Part shown: positions 40,260 through 49,320 of the stretch, one piece after another
Layout: each line of letters begins with the position of its first letter
Numbering within the stretch: position 1 is the stretch's first letter
Source: an uncultured Ignavibacteriales bacterium
Lineage (GTDB): Bacteria > Bacteroidota > Ignavibacteria > Ignavibacteriales > Ignavibacteriaceae
Assembly (NCBI GenBank): GCA_937858935.1
Contig: CALLZX010000305.1
Location: 8,208 to 72,207 of the forward strand
Direction of reading: 5' to 3'
Length of the DNA stretch: 64,000 nucleotides
Notes under the pieces: generated by a model
What the model was told of the DNA's origin: nothing
Databases searched by the model: none
The model's input: the letters and a program-made list of their open reading frames with translations, nothing else
Translations under genes and position numbers: made by a program

Positions 40260-41417
40260 ATGGAACACAAACCATACTTAACAGAACTTACAGAAAACCA
40301 AATCATCATCCGAAATACAATAAAAGACTTTGCTGAAAAAAATATTCGTCCCGTTATTATGGAATACGATGAAGCCCAAAAATTTCCAATGGAAATAATG
40401 AAACAACTTGGCGATCTGGGATTTCTTGGCATTCTTGTTCCTGAAGAATTTGGTGGCGCGGGCTTAGGTTATGTTGAATATGCTTTGATCATTGAAGAAC
40501 TTTCAAAGGTTGATCCATCAGTCGGACTTTCTGTTGCTGCTCATAATGGATTATGTACAAATCATATAAATCTTTTTGGTAACGATTCACAAAAGAAAAA
40601 GTATTTACTAGATCTTGCAAGTGGAAAGAAAATCGGCGCATGGGGATTAACAGAATCATTTTCGGGAAGTGATGCAGCCGGATTAAAAAGCACCGCCTCA
40701 AAGGATGGGGACTACTGGATTTTAAATGGCAGTAAACAATTTACAACACACGGTACAGTCGGCGAAACTTATGTTGTTATGGCAATCACCAATAAAGATG
40801 CTGGTAAAAAAGGGATTTCTGCGTTCATTCTTGAAAAAGGAATGGAAGGATTAATAATTGGTAAAAAAGAAAATAAACTTGGAATGCGTGCAAGCGACAC
40901 AACACAATTAGCTTTTGAGAATTGTAAAGTGCCCGTTGATAATCTTTTGGGTGATGAAGGAATGGGATTTATTAATTCAATGAAAGTGTTGGAGGGCGGA
41001 AGAATTTCTATTGCTGCTTGCAGTATTGGATTAGCACAAGGCTGTTTGGATACTTCTTTAAAGTATTCTCAGGAACGCAAACAGTTTAACACACAGCTTT
41101 TTAATTTTCAAGCGATACAATTTAAGTTAGCAGAAATGGCAACAAACATAGAAGCAGCAAGAATGTTAACATACAAAGCAGCCTCGATGAAAGATGCAGG
41201 AATTCCTAATACAAAAGAGGCTGCAGAAGCAAAGCTTTTTGCAAGTGAAATCGCCGAGAAAGCTGCAAGTGAAGCAGTACAGATTTTTGGTGGATACGGC
41301 TTTATAAAAGAGTACCCCGTAGAAAAATTTTACAGAGATGTAAAACTTCTTACAATCGGAGAAGGTACATCCGAAATCCAAAGAATAGTTATTGCTAGAG
41401 ATTTGTTGAAGGATTAA
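40260..41417 (+). CDS. Acyl-CoA dehydrogenase (short/branched-chain type)
   Basis: 385 aa. 'GAWGLTESFSGSDA', 'QIFGGYGFIKEYPVEKFYRDVKLLTIGEGTSEIQR'. Confidence 0.9.
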   Translation: MEHKPYLTELTENQIIIRNTIKDFAEKNIRPVIMEYDEAQKFPMEIMKQLGDLGFLGILVPEEFGGAGLGYVEYALIIEELSKVDPSVGLSVAAHNGLCTNHINLFGNDSQKKKYLLDLASGKKIGAWGLTESFSGSDAAGLKSTASKDGDYWILNGSKQFTTHGTVGETYVVMAITNKDAGKKGISAFILEKGMEGLIIGKKENKLGMRASDTTQLAFENCKVPVDNLLGDEGMGFINSMKVLEGGRISIAACSIGLAQGCLDTSLKYSQERKQFNTQLFNFQAIQFKLAEMATNIEAARMLTYKAASMKDAGIPNTKEAAEAKLFASEIAEKAASEAVQIFGGYGFIKEYPVEKFYRDVKLLTIGEGTSEIQRIVIARDLLKD

Positions 41418-41420
41418 TTT

Positions 41421-43076
41421 ATGAAACAAATCGGTTCACAAATAATCGAGAATGAAACTTTTCTTAAAAGAGAAGATTATCAAAAAGAATTATTACGCAA
41501 GCTTGCTGGCGCTAAAGAAACAGTAAAAGAAGGCGGCGGAAAGAAAGCAATTGAAAAACATAAAGCTAAAGGAAAACTAACCGCACGTGAGAGAGTAAAT
41601 CTACTAGTTGATGATCCTAAAAAGTTTTTTGAGTTAAGCACTTTTGCAGCTTTCGGAATGTATGAGGAATATGGCGGTGCGCCATCCGCCGGAACAATTT
41701 ATGGAATTGGAAAAATTCATAATCGTAATTGTGTTATTGTTGCCAATGATGCAACTGTAAAAGCTGGAGCCTGGTTTCCTATCACTGCAAAAAAGAATTT
41801 GCGTGCACAAGAAATTGCAATGGAAAATCGTTTACCAATTATATATCTGGTTGATAGTGCCGGAGTTTTCCTTCCATTGCAAGAAGATATTTTTCCTGAT
41901 AAAGAACATTTTGGAAGGATCTTTCGCAACAATGCTAAGATGTCTTCGATGGGAATTCCACAACTCGCAGCAATTATGGGTCCTTGTGTTGCAGGTGGAG
42001 CTTATCTTCCAATTATGAGTGATGAAGCTTTAATTGTTGAAGGAGAAGGTTCCGTATTTCTTGCAGGTTCACATCTTGTTCGGGCAGCAATTGGTGAAGT
42101 AATTGAAAATGAAAAACTTGGTGGCGCAAAAGTTCAATCAAATATTTCCGGTGTTACAGATTACATAATTAAAAACGATGAAGAATGTATCCAACAGATA
42201 AGAAGTCTAGTTGAAAAATTTGGAATTAATCAAACTGCAGGATTTGATAGAGCTGTAAGTACACTACCCAAATACCCAACAAAAGAGATTCTTGGAATCT
42301 TACCAGAAGATACATTAAAACCCTACGATACTTATGAATTGATTTCTCGTATGGTTGATAATTCTGAAATTGATGAATACAAAGCTGGATATGGTAAAAC
42401 GATCATCACAGCTTACGCAAGAATTGATGGCTGGGCTGTTGGAATTGTGGCTAATCAAAGAAGTGTAGTTAAAACTGAAAAAGGTGAGATGCAAGTTGGC
42501 GGAGTTATCTATTCAGATTCTGCAGATAAAGCCACTAGATTTATTATGAATTGTAATCAAAAAAAAATTCCATTGCTCTTTTTGCAAGATGTAACAGGAT
42601 TTATGGTTGGCAGTAAAGCTGAGCATGGCGGAATAATTAAAGACGGCGCAAAGATGGTAAATGCTGTTGCAAATTCTGTTGTGCCAAAAATTACAATCAT
42701 AACAGGTAACAGTTTTGGTGCAGGCAACTATGCAATGTGCGGCAAGGCATACGATCCAAGATTTATTTTTGCTTATCCAAATGCCAAGATTTCTGTAATG
42801 GGTGGTAACCAAGCCAGCAGTGTTTTGTTGGATATCAAACTAAAACAAGAAGAGAAAAGCGGACACAAATTCAGTGATGAAGATAAAAAGAAATTACTTA
42901 ATGACATTCTAAAATCTTATGATGAAAAAAGCACTCCACTTCACGCTGCCGCAAGATTATGGATTGATGAAATAATTAATCCATCACAATCACGTGAGTG
43001 GATCTCAATGTGTTTGGAGGTCGCAAATAATAATCCTGAGATACCAAAGTTTAATCCAGGTATAATTCAGACATAA
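41421..43076 (+). CDS. Acyl-CoA carboxylase carboxyltransferase (beta) subunit, methylcrotonyl/propionyl-CoA type
   Basis: 551 aa. 'GKLTARERVNLL', 'VANDATVKAGAW', 'MGPCVAGGAYLP', 'FLQDVTGFMVG'. Confidence 0.9.
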   Translation: MKQIGSQIIENETFLKREDYQKELLRKLAGAKETVKEGGGKKAIEKHKAKGKLTARERVNLLVDDPKKFFELSTFAAFGMYEEYGGAPSAGTIYGIGKIHNRNCVIVANDATVKAGAWFPITAKKNLRAQEIAMENRLPIIYLVDSAGVFLPLQEDIFPDKEHFGRIFRNNAKMSSMGIPQLAAIMGPCVAGGAYLPIMSDEALIVEGEGSVFLAGSHLVRAAIGEVIENEKLGGAKVQSNISGVTDYIIKNDEECIQQIRSLVEKFGINQTAGFDRAVSTLPKYPTKEILGILPEDTLKPYDTYELISRMVDNSEIDEYKAGYGKTIITAYARIDGWAVGIVANQRSVVKTEKGEMQVGGVIYSDSADKATRFIMNCNQKKIPLLFLQDVTGFMVGSKAEHGGIIKDGAKMVNAVANSVVPKITIITGNSFGAGNYAMCGKAYDPRFIFAYPNAKISVMGGNQASSVLLDIKLKQEEKSGHKFSDEDKKKLLNDILKSYDEKSTPLHAAARLWIDEIINPSQSREWISMCLEVANNNPEIPKFNPGIIQT

Positions 43077-43141
43077 TATTTATGCACACTAAGTTGTGAA
43101 GTATTCTCTGTGTTTTTATCGAACTTAGTTTTACTCTAAAA

Positions 43142-43786
43142 ATGAAACCCTTATTTATTCTTTACATATTTCTATTATTTCAGAATACTTTTCCTCAGCA
43201 AAGTGAATTATCCAAAACAGTAAATTATATTTCCAGTTATATCGCATCCGAACATTTTTTCAATCTTAGAAATGATATTGGAGATGTTTCGGCTACTGAC
43301 TCAATTTTTATTCAAGCGACTAAGTTTACCAATGGAAATATTTCTGATGCATTGCTCGCATTAATGCTAGCAACAGTTCCCTATCGTGAAGTCCCTATTC
43401 AAATTCCATTACTTAATACTATCGTTAACTATCCATTAACTGCAGCCGATGAAACAACATTTCTTAAAAAAAATGATAACTTACCTCGATTTTTATTTCT
43501 GGATTCTCCACAAAATGATTATGGGGACAAGGATAAACTTGCACATTTTTTTGGAAGTGCTTTTCTATCATATGAATCACACATCTTTGACTTGGGAAAG
43601 CTAATTGGTTATTTTGTGGAAGCATTTGAAGAAAGTTTTAAAGTGCAATCAAGTGTGGATATACGCGATCTTGATGTAAACGATTATGGCAGATTATTTG
43701 GGAATTTACTTCAAGAAAACAACGATTTATTACCATCACAAATATTTTTAATACGTTCAATCAGATTTTTAAGAGTAACAATATGA
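43142..43786 (+). CDS. Hypothetical exported protein
   Basis: 214-aa ORF with signal peptide 'LFILYIFLLFQNTFPQQ'. Its stop overlaps the start of the downstream activator gene (ATGA). Confidence 0.4.
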   Translation: MKPLFILYIFLLFQNTFPQQSELSKTVNYISSYIASEHFFNLRNDIGDVSATDSIFIQATKFTNGNISDALLALMLATVPYREVPIQIPLLNTIVNYPLTAADETTFLKKNDNLPRFLFLDSPQNDYGDKDKLAHFFGSAFLSYESHIFDLGKLIGYFVEAFEESFKVQSSVDIRDLDVNDYGRLFGNLLQENNDLLPSQIFLIRSIRFLRVTI

Positions 43787-45138
43787 AATCAGTTTTAGTT
43801 ATTGATGATGAACTTCAAATTTGCGAAAGCATAAATATGATACTCGAATATGAGGGTTATGCTGTTGATTATACAACAAGTGCGAATGAAGGATTAGATA
43901 AATTTTCTGCTAAGGATTTTTCCGCTGTTCTTTTAGATATCCAAATGCCAGAGATGAATGGTTTTGAGGTTCTTAAAAAATTAAAAGCACAAAAACCAGC
44001 AGTATCAGTTATAATTATTTCTGCACACGGAAGTGTTGAAAATGCCATTAAAGCAACTCGACTTGGCGCATTCGATTTCCTTGAAAAACCAATTGATCGT
44101 GATAAACTTTTAATAAGTGTACGCAATGCAACTGAAACTGCATCACTAAAAGAAGAAAATGAAGTAATTAAAAAAGTTTGGATCGGTGATGGTGAAATTC
44201 TTGGAAAGAGTAAGGCGATTCAGAATATTTTACAAATGATTGATAAAGTTGCACCATTAGATACGCGTGTTTTGATAACCGGTGAAAATGGAACCGGAAA
44301 GGAATTAGTTGCTAGAGCTATCCATAGAAAAAGTGAGCGTAAAGATAAATCTTTTGTTGAAGTTAATTGTGCCGCAATTCCAAATGAATTAATCGAATCA
44401 GAATTATTTGGACACGAAAAAGGCTCATTTACTGGTGCAGTTCAACAGCGGATAGGTAGATTTGAGCTTGCAAATAAAGGGACATTGTTTTTGGATGAAG
44501 TTGGTGATATGTCACATCAAGCTCAGGCAAAAGTTTTAAGAGCTATCGAGGATGGGAAAATTGAACGAGTTGGAGGCGGAAAAAAGATTGATGTTGATGT
44601 GCGATTGATAGCAGCCACAAATAAAAATCTTAAAGAAGAAATTGAAAAAGGAAATTTCAGAGAAGATCTTCTGCATAGACTAAATGTAATCCCAATTGTT
44701 GTTCCACCACTTCGTGAAAGATCTGAAGATATTCCTATTCTTGTTGATCGTTTTACAAATGATATTTCATTGAAGCATAAGAAACCTGTTACAAAGTTTT
44801 CCGATGATGCGATTCGAGTTTTACAAAATCAATCCTGGACTGGAAATGTGCGGGAGCTAAGAAATATTGTTGAGCGTATTATTATCATCGTCGATAAAAA
44901 AGAGATTACTGCAAAAGATATAGAATTTATGTTTTCAGGAAATCAGCAATCTGTAGATGAACTTGTTGATACTAGTAATTCATTTCAGGAATTTAAGGAA
45001 AAAGCAGAACGTGTTTTTATTCTTAAGCAACTTCGTGCAAATGATTGGAATATCAGTAAAACATCTGAAATACTTGAGATTCAACGTAGTCATCTTTATA
45101 ACAAAATGAAAAAATATGGAATTGAAAAGGAGGAATAA
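43783..45138 (+). CDS. Sigma-54-dependent response regulator (NtrC family: REC + AAA+ + Fis-type HTH)
   Basis: 451 aa. REC 'VLLDIQMPEMNG'. Walker A 'GENGTGKE'. 'GAFTGA'-type loop 'GSFTGAV'. Walker B 'LFLDEVGD'. 'NVRELRN'. C-terminal HTH 'WNISKTSEILEIQRSHLYNKMKKYGI'. Confidence 0.9.
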   Translation: MKSVLVIDDELQICESINMILEYEGYAVDYTTSANEGLDKFSAKDFSAVLLDIQMPEMNGFEVLKKLKAQKPAVSVIIISAHGSVENAIKATRLGAFDFLEKPIDRDKLLISVRNATETASLKEENEVIKKVWIGDGEILGKSKAIQNILQMIDKVAPLDTRVLITGENGTGKELVARAIHRKSERKDKSFVEVNCAAIPNELIESELFGHEKGSFTGAVQQRIGRFELANKGTLFLDEVGDMSHQAQAKVLRAIEDGKIERVGGGKKIDVDVRLIAATNKNLKEEIEKGNFREDLLHRLNVIPIVVPPLRERSEDIPILVDRFTNDISLKHKKPVTKFSDDAIRVLQNQSWTGNVRELRNIVERIIIIVDKKEITAKDIEFMFSGNQQSVDELVDTSNSFQEFKEKAERVFILKQLRANDWNISKTSEILEIQRSHLYNKMKKYGIEKEE

Positions 45139-45482
45139 TGCCAACTATTTTTTCTAAAATAATTAATAAAGAAATTCCAGCAAACATTGTTTTTGAATCT
45201 GATTCGGTTCTTGCTTTCAAAGATATCAATCCTCAGGCACCTGTTCACATTTTAATTATTCCAAAAATTGAAATACCCAAAGTAACCGATATTAACGGAA
45301 ATGAGCATTCACAACTTCTTGGTGAGATGATTGATGCAGCAAATAAAATCGCTAAAGATTTAGGCATTGCTGAAGATGGTTTTAGATTAGTTTTTAATTG
45401 TGGTGAAAACGGCGGACAGGAAGTTTACCATTTACATCTCCACTTACTTGGCGGTAGAAAGATGAATTGGCCTCCGGGATGA
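45138..45482 (+). CDS. HIT-family (histidine triad) nucleotide-binding protein
   Basis: 114 aa. 'HLHLHLLGG'. Confidence 0.9.
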   Translation: MPTIFSKIINKEIPANIVFESDSVLAFKDINPQAPVHILIIPKIEIPKVTDINGNEHSQLLGEMIDAANKIAKDLGIAEDGFRLVFNCGENGGQEVYHLHLHLLGGRKMNWPPG

Positions 45483-45492
45483 TTTAGTAAAC

Positions 45493-46683
45493 TTAAACTT
45501 GAAAATAATTTTCCATCCCTTTTAATCTTTTATCTTCACTAGTATTTCCAAACATCAAAGATTCATATCCAAATTTATCACGAATTCTTGTTACTGCTCT
45601 TAACATTTTTTTTCTTTTAATTTTATAATCTTCAAACAGATATTCTTGTTCATTTAACGGAGAAAAATTTGTAATCCCAATTCCGATTAATCTTACCCCG
45701 ACTCTTCTAGTCCTGGCTTTCTTCATCAAGTCCCATGCTGATTCAAAAATAACTTTATCGTCATCACTAGGCTTTATTGTTTTAGCACGAGTTAATGTTT
45801 GAAAATCTGTATAACGAAGTTTTATATCTACTGTTGAAGCTTCCCAGCCTTTTTTCCTTAATGATTGAGCAACTTTTCCCGTTAGGTAAAACAAAGTGTT
45901 TTTAAGTTCTTCTTCATTTGTAACATCATTCCCAAAAGTTGTTTCGCGAGAAATACTTTTTCTTGTTCGCTGTATTGTTAAATATTCTGTTCCTTCACCA
46001 TGAGCTTTTCGCCAGAGATCAATTCCGTATTTACCAAATGCAGTTCCAAAATAATCTGATGAAAGTGTAGTGATATCACCGATTCTATAAATTCCTCGGG
46101 CATTTAAACTTTGTTTCATAACCTTTCCAACACCGGGAATTGTTTCAACTGGCATTGGAGAAAGAAATTCTTTTTCCATTCCCGGAATAATGTAGGTAAT
46201 TCCCTTTGGCTTCATACAATCAGATCCGATTTTTGCAACGGTTTTATTACTCCCGACTCCGATGGAAATTGGTAAACCAATTTTATCCCATATTTCTTTT
46301 TGCAGTCTAGTAGCAAATCCAAACATTGAACCGTACATTTTTTGTGTGCCTGTCATATCAAGATAAAATTCATCAATAGAAGCTTGTTCAATTTGAGGTG
46401 CATATTGTTCTAAAACATTTTTTACAGTTTTAGAAAATCTTGTGTATTCATCGCCATGTCCGTGTAAATAAATTCCTTGCGGGCAAAGCTTGTAAGCAGT
46501 TCTGATTGGCATCGCTGAATGTAAACCAAAAGCACGCGCTTCATATGAACATGCAGATACAACTCCCCTTCCGTACTTCGGATCACCGCCAACAATTACT
46601 GGTTTGCCATTAAGTTTTGGATCGAGAATTCTCTCTACTGAAACGAAAAATGCATCAAGATCTAAATGAAATATTGTACGCAT
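45493..46683 (-). CDS. dinB: DNA polymerase IV (Y-family)
   Basis: 396 aa. 'IFHLDLDAFFVSVE', 'SIDEFYLDMT', 'SIGVGSNKTVAKI', 'IPGVGKV'. Confidence 0.9.
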   Translation of the reverse strand: MRTIFHLDLDAFFVSVERILDPKLNGKPVIVGGDPKYGRGVVSACSYEARAFGLHSAMPIRTAYKLCPQGIYLHGHGDEYTRFSKTVKNVLEQYAPQIEQASIDEFYLDMTGTQKMYGSMFGFATRLQKEIWDKIGLPISIGVGSNKTVAKIGSDCMKPKGITYIIPGMEKEFLSPMPVETIPGVGKVMKQSLNARGIYRIGDITTLSSDYFGTAFGKYGIDLWRKAHGEGTEYLTIQRTRKSISRETTFGNDVTNEEELKNTLFYLTGKVAQSLRKKGWEASTVDIKLRYTDFQTLTRAKTIKPSDDDKVIFESAWDLMKKARTRRVGVRLIGIGITNFSPLNEQEYLFEDYKIKRKKMLRAVTRIRDKFGYESLMFGNTSEDKRLKGMENYFQV

Positions 46684-46723
46684 AAATAAATCAAAAGTAA
46701 AAAAAAATCATTATTCAAAATTC

Positions 46724-47614
46724 TTAGTTAATCATAATTTTTTCCAACCTTGGATAAGCTTTTAGAATATGTGACGGCATTCCAACTTTAGTTTTCTCCT
46801 CAAGCAAGTGTATCAGCTCAAAAGCATTTGCAACCGCATCTCCCTGCGGATGATTATTCATTATAACATTTACTTCTTTAACTTTTTGTTGTATTGATTT
46901 AATTTTTTGCTCAATCTCAACTAACTCACCTGGTGAATAAAGATAACTGTAACGTGAACTTTGTTCTTCATAAGTCTGAGGTTTTCCAAAGTTGGATAAT
47001 GATTTTTTCCAGGCTTCCGTATTTCTTCCGTGAAACCGAATATAGGCTTTATCATTTGTAATAATTGGTTCAAACTCAATTGCCTGCCCAATTTGTGGTT
47101 GGTCAATTGTACAAAAGGTTAAATCATTTTCCTTAAAGAATTCTAATGCACGATTATTATTCCAGCTTGAATGTCGAACTTCCACAAAGCAATCTATATC
47201 AGAAAAAATATCTCTAAGTTTTTGAACATGCTGAACAGAATTTCCATCAAATGAATATGAGTATGGGAATTGGATTAATAATCCGCCAAGTCTTTCTGAT
47301 CTTCTTAATTGCTCAAGATTATAACGAACAGCTTTTATGTTTTGCTCATCAAATTTTCTTTTATGTGTAAAATCCTGGTGAAGTTTTATATGAAAGATAA
47401 AATCCTTTGAGCCTTCAACCTTTTTTATCCAGCTATCAACAACTTTTGGACTGATATAAGTATAGTAAGTTGAATTTACTTCAACACAATTAAAGTAATG
47501 CGAATAAAACTGCAGCCAGTCAAATCCACCAGACTGATTTTTAGGATAGAAATTTGGCACCCAATCTTTATAAGACCAGCCTGCTGTACCGATGTTAAAT
47601 TTAATCGAACTCAT
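46724..47614 (-). CDS. DUF72 (YecE-like) family protein
   Basis: 296 aa. 'IGTAGWSYKDWVPNFYP', 'NSTYY', 'VEVRHSSW', 'IRFHGRN' match the DUF72 signature pattern. Confidence 0.8.
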   Translation of the reverse strand: MSSIKFNIGTAGWSYKDWVPNFYPKNQSGGFDWLQFYSHYFNCVEVNSTYYTYISPKVVDSWIKKVEGSKDFIFHIKLHQDFTHKRKFDEQNIKAVRYNLEQLRRSERLGGLLIQFPYSYSFDGNSVQHVQKLRDIFSDIDCFVEVRHSSWNNNRALEFFKENDLTFCTIDQPQIGQAIEFEPIITNDKAYIRFHGRNTEAWKKSLSNFGKPQTYEEQSSRYSYLYSPGELVEIEQKIKSIQQKVKEVNVIMNNHPQGDAVANAFELIHLLEEKTKVGMPSHILKAYPRLEKIMIN

Positions 47615-47624
47615 TTTTTTATCT

Positions 47625-48491
47625 TCAGTTAATATTTAATTGGACTCCAACAGAAGCACTGAATGAACGAGTTAATCCATCCACATTTACTTCTCGTTTA
47701 ATAAATGGGATAGCAAAATCAGCAAACAAAGAATAATTGTTATCTATCTGATACTGAATTACTGTAAGTAAATTAAGTTGGGCTTGATCGCTGTTTTCAA
47801 CATCAATATAAGTTTCCGTTGGGGCCATAGAAGCTGAGTTTACAACATTTGATTCGCTTAATCTTTTTATAAATAGTATTTGCGGTTTAATTGTAAATTG
47901 ATCTAGTAGAAAATTATATGAAGCTCTCAATAGTATATCATCACCGCGTTCTAATTTTATAACATTATTATTTCTGCCACCAGCTAATTGATAACCAACT
48001 CCAAAGCCAATGTTTTTGTAATTATAATTTATCGTAAATAGAATATCGTTTGATCCCAATCCCGATTGATAGGCCATCGGTAAGTTATCAGCATTATCTT
48101 CACCTATAGCAAACTTTGCTCCGATTGAGGCATCAAGAGATGAATTATTTTGTGATATAAAATTTTGTGTTACACTAATTAATAGATCACCAATTCCATT
48201 TACATCACCCAATGGACCAGATTGAATGTTATATGGAATAGATATTTGTAATGATGTTTTTTCAAAAATATTATAATTCGCTCCAATCAGAAATGAATGA
48301 TACTTCACATCATCTTCCTTGCCGCTTGAACCAAACTTGTATCCCAAATTAATATCAAGAATATTATCATTGTTATCACTCATTGTATGCCCCACTGAAC
48401 AGACACCAGCGTCTGAACATTGTGGAATTAGGTGAAACAAATTTCCAGATAAAACTAATAATAACATTAAACTGAGAATTGCATTTTTCAT
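47625..48491 (-). CDS. Putative outer-membrane beta-barrel protein
   Basis: 288 aa with a signal peptide. Alternating hydrophobic/aromatic strands throughout. No specific family recognised. Confidence 0.5.
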   Translation of the reverse strand: MKNAILSLMLLLVLSGNLFHLIPQCSDAGVCSVGHTMSDNNDNILDINLGYKFGSSGKEDDVKYHSFLIGANYNIFEKTSLQISIPYNIQSGPLGDVNGIGDLLISVTQNFISQNNSSLDASIGAKFAIGEDNADNLPMAYQSGLGSNDILFTINYNYKNIGFGVGYQLAGGRNNNVIKLERGDDILLRASYNFLLDQFTIKPQILFIKRLSESNVVNSASMAPTETYIDVENSDQAQLNLLTVIQYQIDNNYSLFADFAIPFIKREVNVDGLTRSFSASVGVQLNIN

Positions 48492-48561
48492 TTTAAACCT
48501 TTGATTTAATATTTCTAATATCAGATATATTCAATATGACGAACATTCAAGATTTAAATCA

Positions 48562-49185
48562 TTATCCAGCCCGCTTTTCCATACTACGATAGATACCAAC
48601 CACAATCCCAACTATCTTAAACGATGGATATTTTTTATCAATTACTATTGTTTTGTACTCGGGATTTTCTGAAGCTAATTCAATTTCACTACGCTTTTTA
48701 TAAAATCGTTTTACAACGGCTGCATCATTAAGTATAGCAACAACAATTTGTCCATTCTTTGGTTCAAGATTTGGGTTTACGATTACAATATCTCCGCTAA
48801 AAATGTAGGCATCTTTTAAACTATCACCTTTTACACGAAGCAGAAATGAATCTTGTGGCATTTTTGCTATTGTAGGAAGTTTGACTGTATCAATTGCATC
48901 AGGATAAATAGTTAATGGATTACCTGCTGCAACTTCTCCCAGTATTGGTCGAGGTACAAAATATTTATCTTCTAATGTAAGTTCTATTCCACGGGAAAGT
49001 TTAGGACTTTTTCTGATATACCCTTTTTTTTCAATTGCTTGAAAATGCTGTTGAACAGTCGCACGATTTTTATATCCAAAATGCTTTGCTACATCGGCAA
49101 GTGTTGGTGGAATTCCCTTCCCTTTTATTTGATCAATAAGAAAGTCTAAAATATCCTTTTGGATTGCTGTTAGCTCTTTTTGCAT
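48562..49185 (-). CDS. lexA: LexA repressor (S24 autopeptidase)
   Basis: 207 aa. wHTH 'PTLADVAKHFGYKNRATVQQHFQAIEKKGYI'. Cleavage-site region 'EVAAGNP'. Ser 'VKGDSLKDA' and Lys 'VVKRF'. Confidence 0.9.
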   Translation of the reverse strand: MQKELTAIQKDILDFLIDQIKGKGIPPTLADVAKHFGYKNRATVQQHFQAIEKKGYIRKSPKLSRGIELTLEDKYFVPRPILGEVAAGNPLTIYPDAIDTVKLPTIAKMPQDSFLLRVKGDSLKDAYIFSGDIVIVNPNLEPKNGQIVVAILNDAAVVKRFYKKRSEIELASENPEYKTIVIDKKYPSFKIVGIVVGIYRSMEKRAG

Positions 49186-49210
49186 TAATATACCTATAAA
49201 AAATAATTGC

Positions 49211-49224
49211 CATACATTTGTATG
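49211..49224. promoter_or_regulatory. Candidate LexA operator (palindrome CATACA-TT-TGTATG)
   Basis: Perfect 6+6 inverted repeat lying 3-16 nt downstream of the predicted -10 of the lexA promoter. It has the same 14-bp geometry as the Cheo box CGAACA-NN-TGTTCG. Confidence 0.4.
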
Positions 49225-49226
49225 TT

Positions 49227-49255
49227 AATTTAATTCGGGAAAGGGAAAATGTCAA
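49227..49255 (-). promoter_or_regulatory. Candidate sigma70-type lexA promoter (TTGACA-17 nt-TAAATT)
   Basis: Minus-strand TTGACA at 49255-49250 and TAAATT at 49232-49227, with 17-nt spacing, about 40 nt upstream of the lexA ATG. Confidence 0.45.
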
Positions 49256-49260
49256 GAGAG

Positions 49261-49297
49261 AAATAAAAAATCCCCTTAATTCTTAGAATTAAGGGGA
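49261..49297 (-). terminator. Strong rho-independent terminator closing the 63883->49321 gene string
   Basis: 12-bp arms tccccttaattc (49271-49282) / gaattaagggga (49286-49297), followed on the minus strand by TTTTTTATTT. Lies 24 nt after the stop of the 1190-aa gene. Confidence 0.75.
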
Positions 49298-49320
49298 TTA
49301 ATCATAAATGGAAGAATAAT

